From Botryllus schlosseri (lineage: Eukaryota), in assembly GCA_051294905.1 (NCBI GenBank), contig CM119385.1, positions 13,454,001-13,518,000 of the forward strand: a stretch of 64,000 nucleotides of DNA. Direction: 5' to 3'. A program made the position numbers and the translations under genes. Shown here in pieces: positions 53,501 through 64,000 of the stretch; within the stretch, counting starts at the first letter, position 1; the number at the start of each line of letters is the position of its first letter. Under the pieces are notes generated by a model that had not been told where the DNA came from, searched no databases, and saw only the letters and a program-made list of their open reading frames with translations.

Positions 53501-56500
53501 GGCGATCATGACTCGCAGACGACGGCCACCAAACCTTTTCGACAAATATTCCGGCATCGTAACGACCTAAACACAAAATTGACGTGCATTTCAGTGTGCA
53601 GCGACAGGACTGTCTTAATACTAGCTGTGATTAATATGACAACGTTGGCAGAACGTGAAAGCTGCCTCTCAGAATGTTCCACACCATTTGAGCCAAAGCA
53701 ATGATTAGCACAAAGGTACCGTCACTGATGTTTTGCATCTTCTTCCTAAATCCAGAACAGCTAATATCTAGAACAGTGGTTCTCAACCTTTATGTCATCG
53801 CGGACCCCTTTTGGACCGTGACGGACCCCCTCAAGTTTTAGTTCAAATTTAACCCAATTATGGTACAACCGTCATTGTCTTGTGCAAATATCAGCTCAAG
53901 GCTAGTGATAAACAACAAGATGACCGTTCTTGAAAATAATATCATACCACATGTAGAAATCTTGCTAGACATTTATTATTTCGAAGGGACTTATGCATCT
54001 GAATTTCTTATTTCTTGAAATATATGTGGTCGAGTCTTGAAAAATCACTCCTTCGATTTGATATGAAGGAGTGCAGAAAATTCATTTCCACAAAGATAGG
54101 TGACGGCGAATGTAATATTAACGCCTGACGCTTCCGACGACACCATCGAGTCCGACCGAGGTCGACATCGGAATTCCGACCTAAAGTGTTGGAGGTTTAT
54201 CTAGGCTCGTCCTCGCCGTCTCGTCCGCTGGCGTGGTGTCTTACAAAAGCCTAGAAGTGGGTCGTGCTACAATTCCGCCAAAAATAAGGAATATCGGCCT
54301 GGTGTAAATGACCATTGCAGTCGACAAACACCATGAATACCACAAACAACAACGCCTGACGCTTCCGATGACACCATTGAGCACGATCGAAACATATATG
54401 GCACCGAAATTGAGAAACAGATTTTCCAATGAAGTTATCACGTCGAGAGAGACTAGTCATTGCTATATAGCAGCTCAGCTTCAAGATATTCTGGAATAGT
54501 ATTATGTATATTACAGGAGAAAATGGACTCCGTGATGAGGCTTTGATCCTTTTTTTGAGACAGACTACCAAAAAATATTTTAAATAACAGCAATATGTTT
54601 GTATCCGTAGGCTATAGGCAATTTGACAATTAAAATAAGTTTACACAGTAGGATATTTCATCTCATACAGCCATTCTGTCGATGTGCTTACTGAAGTATT
54701 ATCAGTTTTGAAGCGGAATTGTTTCGTGATTTCCCTAATTTAAAAAAGTTAAAATTGGTTATCAGTAATTTCGCGGTTTTGCGGACCCCCTGAAAATGCT
54801 TCGCGGACCCCCGGTCGAGAACCACTGGTCTAGAAGGATGGTCTATATCAGTGGTTCTCAACCTTTTTGTCGTCGCGGACCCCTTTCGGACCGTCACAGG
54901 CCCCGCGGACCCCCACGAGATTTTTGGTCAAATTTAGCTCAATCATTGTGCAATCGTCGTATGTCTTGTGCAAGTGATACCTGTAGGCTTAGTGATAAAC
55001 AGCAACATGAATTTTCCTGAAAATAAAATCATACTATTCATGTAGAAATTGGGTTGACTTCTATTATTTCAAGCGAATTCTGCAATTGCATTTCTTGAAA
55101 TACGTGGTCGTGTCTTGAAAATCTGCGCTTTCGATTTGATATTAACTAGTGCTGAAAATCCATTTCCACAAATATAGGTGGTGGCGAATGTAATGATGAC
55201 GCGTAACACATCCGACGACACATTTGGGTATCATTGCATACGGTCCCAAATTTGACACCCAATTTTTATTTATTGAACATATAACGTCAAGCCTGGTCAT
55301 TTTTTATCTATCAGCTTATCTTGAAGTTATTATGGATTATTGTATTTTATATCACAGGAGAAAATGGATTTTTGTAAACATTTCGCAGTCACCGTGATTG
55401 ACCTTACTTATATTTCATCTCAGACGGCCATTCTGTTGATGTGAGCTTTGGAGTTTTACTAGTAATGAAGCGAAACATCCTCGTGATTTTCCGAATTTGA
55501 AAAAATAAAAATTATGTTGTCAACTATTTTGAGGCTTTGCGGACCCCCTGAAAATGCTTCGAGGACCCCCGGTTCAGAACCACTGGTCTATATATTATAT
55601 GATTACGTGTCAACAAGTCTGATGAGCATGTTTACTAATCAACTAACTACATTCAAGTATCTTAATTCTTTCCTGCGTATTGATCTGAAGTGAATTTGTG
55701 CGCATAGCGCTATCCCGACTATGGATTATTGGAAATGTTGTGAATGAATGCAAACTTCTGAAAGAATGACTTTGACAGCTACGTAATAAGCCAGCCGATT
55801 TGTGGTTAAAAGGAAATGACAAAGCAGTGTATATTACTACTACCAAGCATTAGCTCGTGTAAAACCACAATGTACAAGCAGCCATCATTTTTACACGAGT
55901 ACATTTTCCTGTTACATTAATTGAGAGTATTCTATGTCGCTTGATACACTAAGCTGGTGTCTAGTGGCATTTACCCTTAAAATCATTTTCCTCTTTTTTC
56001 AATACTTTATTGAACAACTACATTGACATATGAAAATAACGCTCTCATATCAATCAAGGTCAACAGATAGATATTCAGAGTAAATTTGGGCAGGTGAATT
56101 TTTCCATATACCCTACTATCATTGGTAAATTCTCGGTGTTCATCTCCTTATACAGAAGAATCTAACGAAGCAATTCAGCATAATATAAGATTCATGGAAG
56201 AATTGCAGAAATACAAGTTCGAAATGGTCACTGCTGCGTATAAGTACCATTGGTGGGAAGTTACCAGTATCTGAGCATCATGTTAGGATAAGAACCAGCC
56301 GCTGCTTTGGAAGAAGCTAAGAAGCTGTCCAGTGGTACGTTTTAAATGGATCAAATTTTATAATAGAATCTGAAGGTAAAATCAAGATTACTTTTACATA
56401 CAACGTGTAAGGTATTTCAGTGTGTGCATGTAGGTTAGCTAAATCTTGTCTGATCTTCCCATCTTCCAACTCCATAATGGTCGGCACATATGCGCTAAAT

Positions 56501-57698
56501 ACTGCATTAATGAAAACTATGAAAATTTACCCCTCCTGCAATATAAACCGGAACGAAAACGAATCCCAGGAGTTGCAAAATCATGAGAGCCTGCAAAAGA
56601 GTCAATTCAACATTATAAATCTACCCACCATCTGACAAAAACTGTAATCTATTATTGCTAATGAATTTGTATAACACTCAAGATATAATTTGTATGTGGA
56701 AAACAGCACAAAAAAGTAAAAATCAAACTAATCCCTTCAATTCAGACCTTATCCATGCGCAATATTCCCAAACTCCGGCTTTTAAAGAATCAAGTGCTTT
56801 TGGGCCTCATAGAAAGTTTGTTGGTGCACTGGAATTGTGTCCATTAGGAGAAAATCAGCGAGTTGTATTCAACTAGCTGATATATAGGTAAAGTCAAAAG
56901 CGGATTTAGTTGTTGTGTGCAATTTAGATTCCAGCAACATCATGAGAGAATGGGGTAAAAAGATCAGTAACATAAAGGATATTTTCCATGGTCATTATAT
57001 AGGAGCTATATCATTTTGGTATTGAGACCATTCTTATCGATACACGGTCCATTTGTTATTAATTGAAACCGATGACTTTGATTTTGCATTGGTAAACTAG
57101 TCAAATACGAAAAGCCATCTGAGACAAAAGAACAGCACCAACCATAGATGCCTGAAAATTCCATCCACTATAAAAGCAATTGCATTGGAAACACTGGGAT
57201 TTCGTAGACATAGCTATGTGATTTGAAAAATATACCATACGTTTATTTCCCAGGCTGCAACCCCAAGACCAACAGCAGCTCCTGATCCTGCGAGGCCGAT
57301 GAAATGTTCACTTCCAATATTGCTGACAAACAGGGAGGCGCCAACCTACAAAACAGATGTAGCATTCTTGAAATCAACTAATTCTTCACAAAGCGAGTAG
57401 AAATTCACGTATCGTTGAATATAATAATATACTAGAAGTAGTTGCACAATTATGGAGTGGAAGGAATTGTACTTTCAAATACTTCAATATTGCTAGACTT
57501 GATCGGAATTAAATCCGGTTGCAACAACAGATCACGAATTTAATATTTAGAATTTCTGATAAATATCAAAAATTTATGCCGCGGTGACATGGCAAAAATT
57601 TCACTTTTTTTTCACTTTTCACTTACCATAACCCATATCATGGATCGCCCAGCAAGGAAATAACCAGTGACTGTGCCACGATTCGATCGACACATGGC
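32278..57698 (-). CDS. SLC5A3: Na+/myo-inositol cotransporter SMIT1-like (SLC5/SSS family); 15 coding exons, 642 aa without the first exon
   Basis: Spliced translation has the SMIT1-type signatures [72 protein letters not shown] and the C-terminal LGIF.YVYFS-type helix. All junctions are GT-AG and phase-compatible. Confidence 0.93.
32995..33154 (-). CDS. SLC5A3 exon [10 protein letters not shown]...LIEE
   Basis: 160 nt; donor chosen by the phase-1 requirement of the last exon. Confidence 0.82.
33645..33771 (-). CDS. SLC5A3 exon PEWYQ...[10 protein letters not shown]...[11 protein letters not shown]
   Basis: 127 nt; GT-AG. Confidence 0.93.
34435..34670 (-). CDS. SLC5A3 exon [13 protein letters not shown]...NEIGAFWG...EDM
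   Basis: 236 nt; GT-AG. Confidence 0.94.
35765..36154 (+). mobile_element. tRNA-derived SINE, copy 2 (SLC5A3 intron)
   Basis: GGGGAGACAGCGTAGTGG...GGTTCGATTCC head, same body, (ATT)n tail. Confidence 0.8.
36415..36538 (-). CDS. SLC5A3 exon [11 protein letters not shown]...RELMLVGR...SIAW
   Basis: 124 nt; GT-AG. Confidence 0.94.
37156..37225 (-). CDS. SLC5A3 exon [22 protein letters not shown]
   Basis: 70 nt; GT-AG. Confidence 0.93.
37764..38342. mobile_element. Nested hAT-type MITE with GACTCGAGTC arrays
   Basis: TIR CAGGGTTGTAA; exact TSD CCCTTTCT. Confidence 0.9.
38600..39110 (+). repeat. About 500-bp cassette with degenerate ~50-bp internal units; inverted homolog at about 62470-62970
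   Basis: Colinear similarity, e.g. GATGCGATTGTGTAGG, GGCAATCAATGAC, TCTCGCTAATTGGC, TTAATCACAATCGCT. Confidence 0.75.
39289..39904. mobile_element. Foldback (near-perfect palindromic) hAT-type MITE
   Basis: The arms are near-exact reverse complements (same 78-aa ORF on both strands); exact TSD CTGTCCAG. Confidence 0.93.
40749..40856 (-). CDS. SLC5A3 exon [10 protein letters not shown]...[15 protein letters not shown]
   Basis: 108 nt; GT-AG. Confidence 0.95.
43027..43162 (-). CDS. SLC5A3 exon [10 protein letters not shown]...MISRILYA
   Basis: 136 nt; GT-AG. Confidence 0.95.
43600..43724 (-). CDS. SLC5A3 exon [15 protein letters not shown]...WYWCTDQ
   Basis: 125 nt; GT-AG. Confidence 0.95.
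44448..45266. mobile_element. hAT-type MITE (CAGG(A/G)GTGGCCA(G/A)CCT, ATGCGGCCGT motifs)
   Basis: TIRs present; TSD ACAT(T/A)GGG. Confidence 0.82.
45270..45590. mobile_element. hAT-type MITE (TAGGGTTACCATA family), inverted relative to 13982
   Basis: TIRs present; TSD GTATCACA at 44435-44442 and 45591-45598. Confidence 0.82.
45907..45993 (-). CDS. SLC5A3 exon [19 protein letters not shown]...TE
   Basis: 87 nt, phase 1 at both ends. Confidence 0.88.
46051..46237 (-). CDS. SLC5A3 exon [11 protein letters not shown]...[14 protein letters not shown]...TVL
   Basis: 187 nt; GT-AG. Confidence 0.95.
48199..49765. mobile_element. hAT-type element (CAGG..TGGGCAA TIR, GGCCCGC motifs) containing a truncated copy (about 48772-49445) of the 1609-2676 family
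   Basis: TSD ATAAA(G/T)AC; internal CCGTAACT.CCGCACC and CTCACTCAGCTCTA.CGG shared with 1609-2676. Confidence 0.72.
51059..51479. mobile_element. Degenerate hAT-type MITE (TGGTTCCCAA ends)
   Basis: Inverted ends CAATGGTTCCCAA / TTGGGAACCAC, flanked by CATGGAG on both sides. Confidence 0.6.
53462..53566 (-). CDS. SLC5A3 exon [14 protein letters not shown]...FTKVS
   Basis: 105 nt; GT-AG. Confidence 0.95.
53774..54827. mobile_element. hAT-type MITE (CAGTGGTTCTCAACC, GCGGACCCC motifs), copy A with internal insertion
   Basis: TIRs present; TSD (A/G)TCTAGAA. Confidence 0.85.
54849..55585. mobile_element. Same family, copy B
   Basis: TIRs present; exact TSD GTCTATAT. Confidence 0.87.
56531..56590 (-). 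CDS. SLC5A3 exon [20 protein letters not shown]
   Basis: 60 nt; GT-AG. Confidence 0.93.
57241..57345 (-). CDS. SLC5A3 exon [15 protein letters not shown]...WEIN
   Basis: 105 nt; GT-AG. Confidence 0.95.
57627..57698 (-). CDS. SLC5A3 exon [24 protein letters not shown]
   Basis: 72 nt; GT-AG. Confidence 0.93.
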
Positions 57699-58142
57699 CT
57701 GAAAATAGAAAAGGATACACTTTATATATGTGAGACGAAGTCGTTGTTCACTGATGCCACTCAAATAGTGATGCTGTGAAATGCTGGCCTGCAAAATTTC
57801 ATTGAAACATGAGTAGAAGTACTCAGTAGTTAAAATATGCCCAGAACCATATCAAAAATTAAAAATGGTGTGGTCTGATTAGAAGTCGACGTATAGCTGG
57901 TGTAGTGATGCTGCACAGAATCAATACAAATACAAGTAGTAGAACGGAGAACCGTTCAAGTAAGACCAAAACAGCTTCAATGTTAATTGAAAATTGAGTG
58001 GTTTCATATGTAGCCTACTCCAGCTATAGTTTCAAAGTGTTACAAAAAAATTTATTGAAGGACAAATAAAAGCAGTGACCCACAAGACGGTGTAAGACTA
58101 CTCCAAAAATTAGAAATGGAGGACTCTGAAGAGTAGGCCTAC

Positions 58143-58169
58143 CTGAAACAGTGCTTTCTCATCAGGCAT
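58143..58169 (-). CDS. Candidate short first coding exon of SLC5A3-like gene (MPDEKALFQ)
   Basis: AAGAAAATG start context, upstream in-frame stop, CAG|GTAGG phase-0 donor compatible with the 57698 acceptor. No homology support. Confidence 0.3.
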
Positions 58170-58711
58170 TTTCTTGCCAACAACCAGCGACTTTCAAGAC
58201 ACCAGTCTCATCTTTGTTGACAATGCACAATGTTACAGTAGGCCTACTGTCTTCAGTAATCACGACTGGCTTCATATTCATACTATGCTTGGTGACTGTG
58301 ACAAATTCATCGATAAAAATCATGTAATTTCATCGATAAAAATCATGTGATTTCAATGATACGTTTAGTACAGTATACTTGACAAAATTTAAAACTTTGA
58401 AGAAAAGTACTTGCCACTTAAGGACTGGTAGTGAAGTAGCCAACTCTGATACTCATAACCTGTTTGCAAAATTGCATTATTTTACTATTCACATCACAGC
58501 TTATAGCAAGCGCTTGACACTTAAAAGATAGGCTACACAAAAGTGGACAAATGAAGAACTATGAATTATTGGTATCATGGTATGTAGTATTGCAGAAAAA
58601 AGTAAGCTGGCGTAGCAAGGACAGACAACCAATGCTCCCTCTAGTTTTCCACGACTTTGCGTACACCCACTAACCCACGGCGCGGTCCCTTGGACTACAG
58701 AGCGTAACGAC

Positions 58712-59223
58712 TAGGGCTGGGCACAATGATTCGAGTACTCGAATCTGAATCGAGTATTAATTCTAATTCGAGTCGAGTAGTAAAAGACTAATTTTTCGAG
58801 TACTTAAAATATACGCTCCTCGTAACTGAAAGTTAATTTACTAACGAGAATTATAGAGTTGATACTATTTTCCACTGAGGAGGCCTTGAAACCTTGATTG
58901 GCCGTGTCGCAGCATACCGGACACAGTATAAAGCTACGAACGCTACTGGAAATTACACATTCTCGAAGTCATGATCATCTCACAACATTATCAACAAGTG
59001 CAATGAAATCGGTAAGGTCGAAAAAATACTAAAGTATCTTTAATGTGATGGATAACAGTCATTATGTTCTTTGTAGTGGCATAAAAAGTACATATTTGAA
59101 CTTCGACATAGTACATTCTGTTGTGACGTCATAATAAGTGATACTCGATTACTCGACTCGACTCGAAGCTATTTACGTAATTCAGAATCGAATCACTCAG
59201 GTACTCGATTTTGCCCAGCCCTA
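58712..59223. mobile_element. hAT-type MITE with ACTCGA/TCGAGT subterminal motifs
   Basis: TIR TAGGGCTGGGCA(C/A)AAT; exact TSD GTAACGAC. Confidence 0.9.
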
Positions 59224-62200
59224 GTAACGACTAAAAATAGGTCATCACTTCGGCTTTTTTGTGCGCGGCACAGATTTTTCTGTGCTGCCGCGCACGCGCG
59301 TATCTTTGAGGGAACGTTACAACAGACAACAGCTTCACAACACGGGAGCTTGCGTAAATCTTCAGACTATACAATACAGCTATATGCTGCATTGTCGCTA
59401 TGAGGTTTGGTTTCTATTGATGTTTTGTTATTCAAATCATCCCACATTCCCTCTACACATCACACGTATGGGTAGGTCTGCAACATTGTCTTCAAATATT
59501 CTGTTTGTTTTCCGCTAGCTAGGCCAGGAGAGTAAGCAATGATTCACAATCAAAAATCAATGGAACAGATAGGTCAAACAAGTTTCCTAGACTAACCATT
59601 TTAATTTGATAGCACCACAGTCAGTTACTCCTGATATTTGTAACTCTAGCATTGTACTATGTGTAACCTACTGTGTACATGTACACTGTACATATCATTT
59701 CAATTGCATCGATTCTTTAGGTTATTATAAAAGCACTTTCGTTCAATCTGCAAGCCCGTCGTATCAGCTAGGATAATGACCTCGACCTAGAGTAGACAAA
59801 ATTAATTGGTAAGAGAAAATCACCTCCAGTGTTTAAATTTCAGATGTATCGACTTTACAAAGAAGCTTCAAGGAATTAAATATGTTCAATTGTTCATTTC
59901 TGCATATTGCACACTAATTTTATATCAATTTTTGCATCAATTTTTATCGATTCAGACTGCGGGAGTAGCAGTGAGTCGCAGTACGCAGGAGGTCGAGTCT
60001 ATCATCAGTTCAGGCGTAATCCTTTTGGTTCCTTCCATTACTCAATGGAAAGTTACCAGGAGACCAACCCATATACCGAAGCGCAGTATTGATACGCGAA
60101 GCTCTGAGAGCTCTGAAACCATAATCCAAGGATTGCCGATGCGCAATAATACCATGAGGGAAAAAACCTCGACAGATTACGCAGGATTAACCGACCAATA
60201 GCGGAAACTATCAGCTGCAATTTGGCAGTACTTTGTCCGCATAGCGCTATCCCATCCACTGTTAGAATAGACAATCGTCAAAATAAGGGTACGGTATTCT
60301 ATAACGAATAGCACCATCTAATTCGAGTGCTGCTAATATACATTTCGTATCGTAACAACATGGTCTCAAGGGATGCATCGGATGTAGCACGCTATGTATG
60401 TATAATACATCATTTATATATAGATAGGTAGGCCTATATTAGCGCAGTCAACTGCGGCTGACAGCGTCCTGCAGACACACTATGCGGGGAAGCTGAGTAT
60501 CGCGTTTTACTGGTGACGTCGAGGAAATGAATAACACTGCAACAATGCCAGCAGAATTCCGTAGCTGAGGGCATCGTTTATTGCGATCCAGCAACGTGGT
60601 TTCTATGTCTGGTACGCGAACATTCCAGTCGACGTGAATATCGGCAATTACTGGCGAGACCGCATGCTCCAAATAGTTGGAATAGAAACTTGAGGGGAAA
60701 ATGTCTGCCGGCATTAGCGAACGTCCCAGATGCAAAGCGATGTAATATCACCCATAAATTAGTCATCATACAGCAACCGCCTGCGAATGCACCAGCTTGT
60801 ACGAGTGTACGCGAAAATCAACGAATAATGATGATAAACGGATGGTAAACACACAGCATGGTATGATTATATCGTAACATCAATTTTTCACATCCGTTCC
60901 AGCGTTGTACGGAAGATAAGCCTATCATCCGTTGCTGTAAAACGTATGAATAAATAATGGTACAGTACGATTTGCTGTTCAAAATACCGGACGTTCCTTG
61001 CGACACGTACGATTAATATATGATTTGTGAATAAGAACATAAATTATATTTACGATTTTCGTGGGTATCTAGTATTATCGACGGGATTCAGCCCATGACG
61101 ATCGCCATTGATGAAGCGATATCGCCCCGTTGACGCTCTTTGCTTCGTCAGGAATTGGACAAGCGCTTATTCCTTGCCAGATTTTGGCGTTGACTGATGG
61201 AATTTATGACTATAAAGTCAGATGTATCTCATATCGCACTTCAATGTGTTCGAACTTGTAACAGCTTTTACGCCCCTGAAAACGACCGACTCGTTACATT
61301 TCAACTCCTGGATTTGTGAAAAGAAATTTACGTCGTGACTAGACGATGGTCCACCTTTTCAGATGTCCTTGTTCAAGTATGGTGATTAAATTATAGCGAA
61401 TTGTTGACAGGTCCTGACGCGGACGAGGCCTGAGTAATACTTCTTGGATCCTAGGATGTCTATTTGAAAGCATTGGTGATATCAAATTCGTGGGAAATAA
61501 CCCACACGCCTCGCTGCGCAGTAGATATCTCCATTGTGTAGAACGCTGAACGACGAGCACACCAGAGCGACGACTCGACGGTAACTTTAGGATAAGCGTG
61601 TGCTATTGACTTCTCTGTGAATATTATGTGTCTGTTGTACCCGAGCGCGAAGTGGGGCAGTTGATTGTACAGTGTACACGGGGTGATCGGTGGGTTGCTA
61701 CGCCCATCGTATACCCAATGGTGAGTTATCGCACATGAAGGAGTTCCAGAGATGTCTACGCTGTTGCCAAAAACATTCAACGGCATAAAACCTCGATTCG
61801 CTATATACCGTTCGAGTGGCTTAGGGCGTTGGGCGAATGGAATTCCAAAATAGACGCCTGCACAATTCAACTCGTTCTAAATGCCAGTGATAATTAAATA
61901 ACCGAATTTAACGCGAATAGTTCTGAATGTCTTCATGGTCGAATTGCTAAATCGTTCAACGTGATGCGATATGGTAGCATATGTAATTCAGATATACCGT
62001 CAACGACATGGGATGTGAATCGGGATGCTGCTTGAGACTGTAGTGTACACTGTACGTACAGTGTTGTACAGTACATACGAATGGTGCTGCCGCTTCATTT
62101 CAGCGGGTATAGGCCTATAACCCGCTTAACAAGGACCCAAAACTGATTATCTTGATGTTCTTTTGTTTCCTGTTTTCTTTTGCTTTTTTATTTAATTGAA

Positions 62201-62281
62201 AGTCGATATATATATATAGGCCTATAACCGCGGTCAATTTATTGATAATTCGAACCCATCGGGTGATTAACATCTACATAG

Positions 62282-63406
62282 CATAGGCGCCGAACCTGTG
62301 TATGCAAGGTATGCCACGCATACCTAGACATTTTGTTAGGTATGCGGCATACCTAGAATTCGGTTTGGCATGAATCGGCATAAACCCCGATTGTGTTATT
62401 TAGAACAAATCGCAATGTATTTCCGTTTACGACATTACCTGCTGCCGCTTATGTGAGCGAGGTAATCTGCTGCGCGCGTGTTGCCAATTAGCGAGATTCG
62501 TCTGTGCAAAATGTAACGCGACGCGATTTCCCGCTGAGATGAGCGCCAAATTATGTCATTGATTGCCGTGCGCCGCTTGGGACGCTTGCCTGATTTGTCG
62601 CGTCTCCAACAAGCCTAGTTTCACTGGCTTGAAAAATCACATCAGCAGTAGGTCCGGTGCGTACTGTACCATCGCTAGCCTGCACTATCGCATCAGCATT
62701 GGCGCGCACGATACCATCGCTTGCCTACACAATCGCATCTACAACAGGCCTGGTACGAAAGATATCATCAGTTCATCACTGGCCAGTGGCCAGTGGCCAA
62801 CTATCGCGTCTCTAGCCTAGCATGCGTTTGCTCCAATCTCTCGATGGCTTGGAGACGATGCCGTTAGATGTATGCTAATTAGCGATTGTGATTAAAGAGT
62901 GACATCACTAAACTGAATGACATCGAACGTCCGCAGACATGTGCGATTGTGCGGGCGCCGTGCATGCGTAATTGAATTCCGCTAATACTTAAACATAACT
63001 ATCAGAAGATGTGTGTCAAGGCTTGAGTTATAAAAGACGAGAAAGGTTTGAACAACCTGAAATCGGTGCCATTATAGAACAGATTCCATAACAACTCGGA
63101 AATTTTGCCTTGCGCAAATCGTTGCCCAGGTTACGTAATACGCGTTCATAAGAGTCGTATTTAATTGTTCGCGAGCGATCAGGGACTCGCTAATTTACGG
63201 CACTTCCGGACTCGTTGACAAGCTTAACATACGCGCAAGTTCGTTAACACGAGGCGATTGTATAATCGGCATTTACGCATGCATTTAACCCTCATGAATT
63301 GATGCTACATTAACCCTAATTATCAATTCCGTCAAATTATGACGTCATTCCTTTGTGACGTCATCGAACCCGCATACCTAAGGAAAATTAGCGTTCGGCG
63401 CCTATG
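62282..63406. mobile_element. hAT-type non-autonomous element
   Basis: Perfect 14-bp TIR CATAGGCGCCGAAC; exact TSD CTACATAG; GCATACCT subterminal repeats. Confidence 0.9.
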
Positions 63407-64000
63407 CTACATAGTACTACACATCACTGTAACATAGTATACACATTCCGTATCGAAAGTTTCACGGTTCGGTGAAACACAATAGCAAAATGCGCACCTT
63501 TTACTGGATTTCGATGTGATAAGTCAGGCCAAAATATGTCGAAACAATCTGGTAGCGCTGGTAGATGAATCGTATCTTGTAAATGCCCAATTGCCAATTT
63601 GCGATTATTTGTGCGTTATCCTTCATCCGACAAAATCTGTTGCATAATTGCATTCGTTACCTTGTAACGTGAGCTTTCCTAATATATCAAAAGAAAGTCG
63701 AAATAGTATACTGGAAATGCTTATAAACCACGGAATCGAGTGTCTGGTTAACCACATTCCCTAATTTACACTTTCTGATGCACGTTGAAATTAGCCGTGG
63801 ATTCACTCGCCTCTTTCACGGAAGAAAAAGATTTTTATTGGCTGTATAAAAAGGACTTAGCCTTCGACAATCTGCTGCCAAACAAAGGGGTAGGCCTACC
63901 GCCTACACATGTCAAAATCATTAGACAGCTCGCAATCATCACAAAGTGGATATACGTAGCATGACAGATGCTAGAAGGTGGAACTATCGAATATATGCTT

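Noticed and set aside
57070-57150. Minus-strand segment resembling SLC5 exon 4 ([14 protein letters not shown])
   Set aside because: Wrong phase with an in-frame stop; the true 60-nt exon is at 56531-56590.

Overview
AT-rich, intron-containing animal genomic DNA. A tunicate or other invertebrate deuterostome is plausible, but that is inference only. Two multi-exon Na+-coupled transporter genes were assembled by hand with phase-consistent GT-AG junctions, and they face each other tail-to-tail. The first is an NHA/SLC9B Na+/H+ antiporter on + (17 coding exons, 19350-27814, start exon not found). The second is a SMIT1/SLC5A3-type Na+/myo-inositol cotransporter on - (15 secure coding exons, 32278-57698, usual first-TM exon not found). 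The window also holds a tRNA-Leu(UAA), two copies of a tRNA-derived SINE, and at least 16 non-autonomous TIR elements with 8-bp target-site duplications (hAT-type MITEs, about 12 kb), including nested insertions and a 616-bp foldback. No transposase, CRISPR or prokaryote-type system was seen. Most six-frame ORFs are chance, repeat-derived or exon-plus-intron read-throughs.
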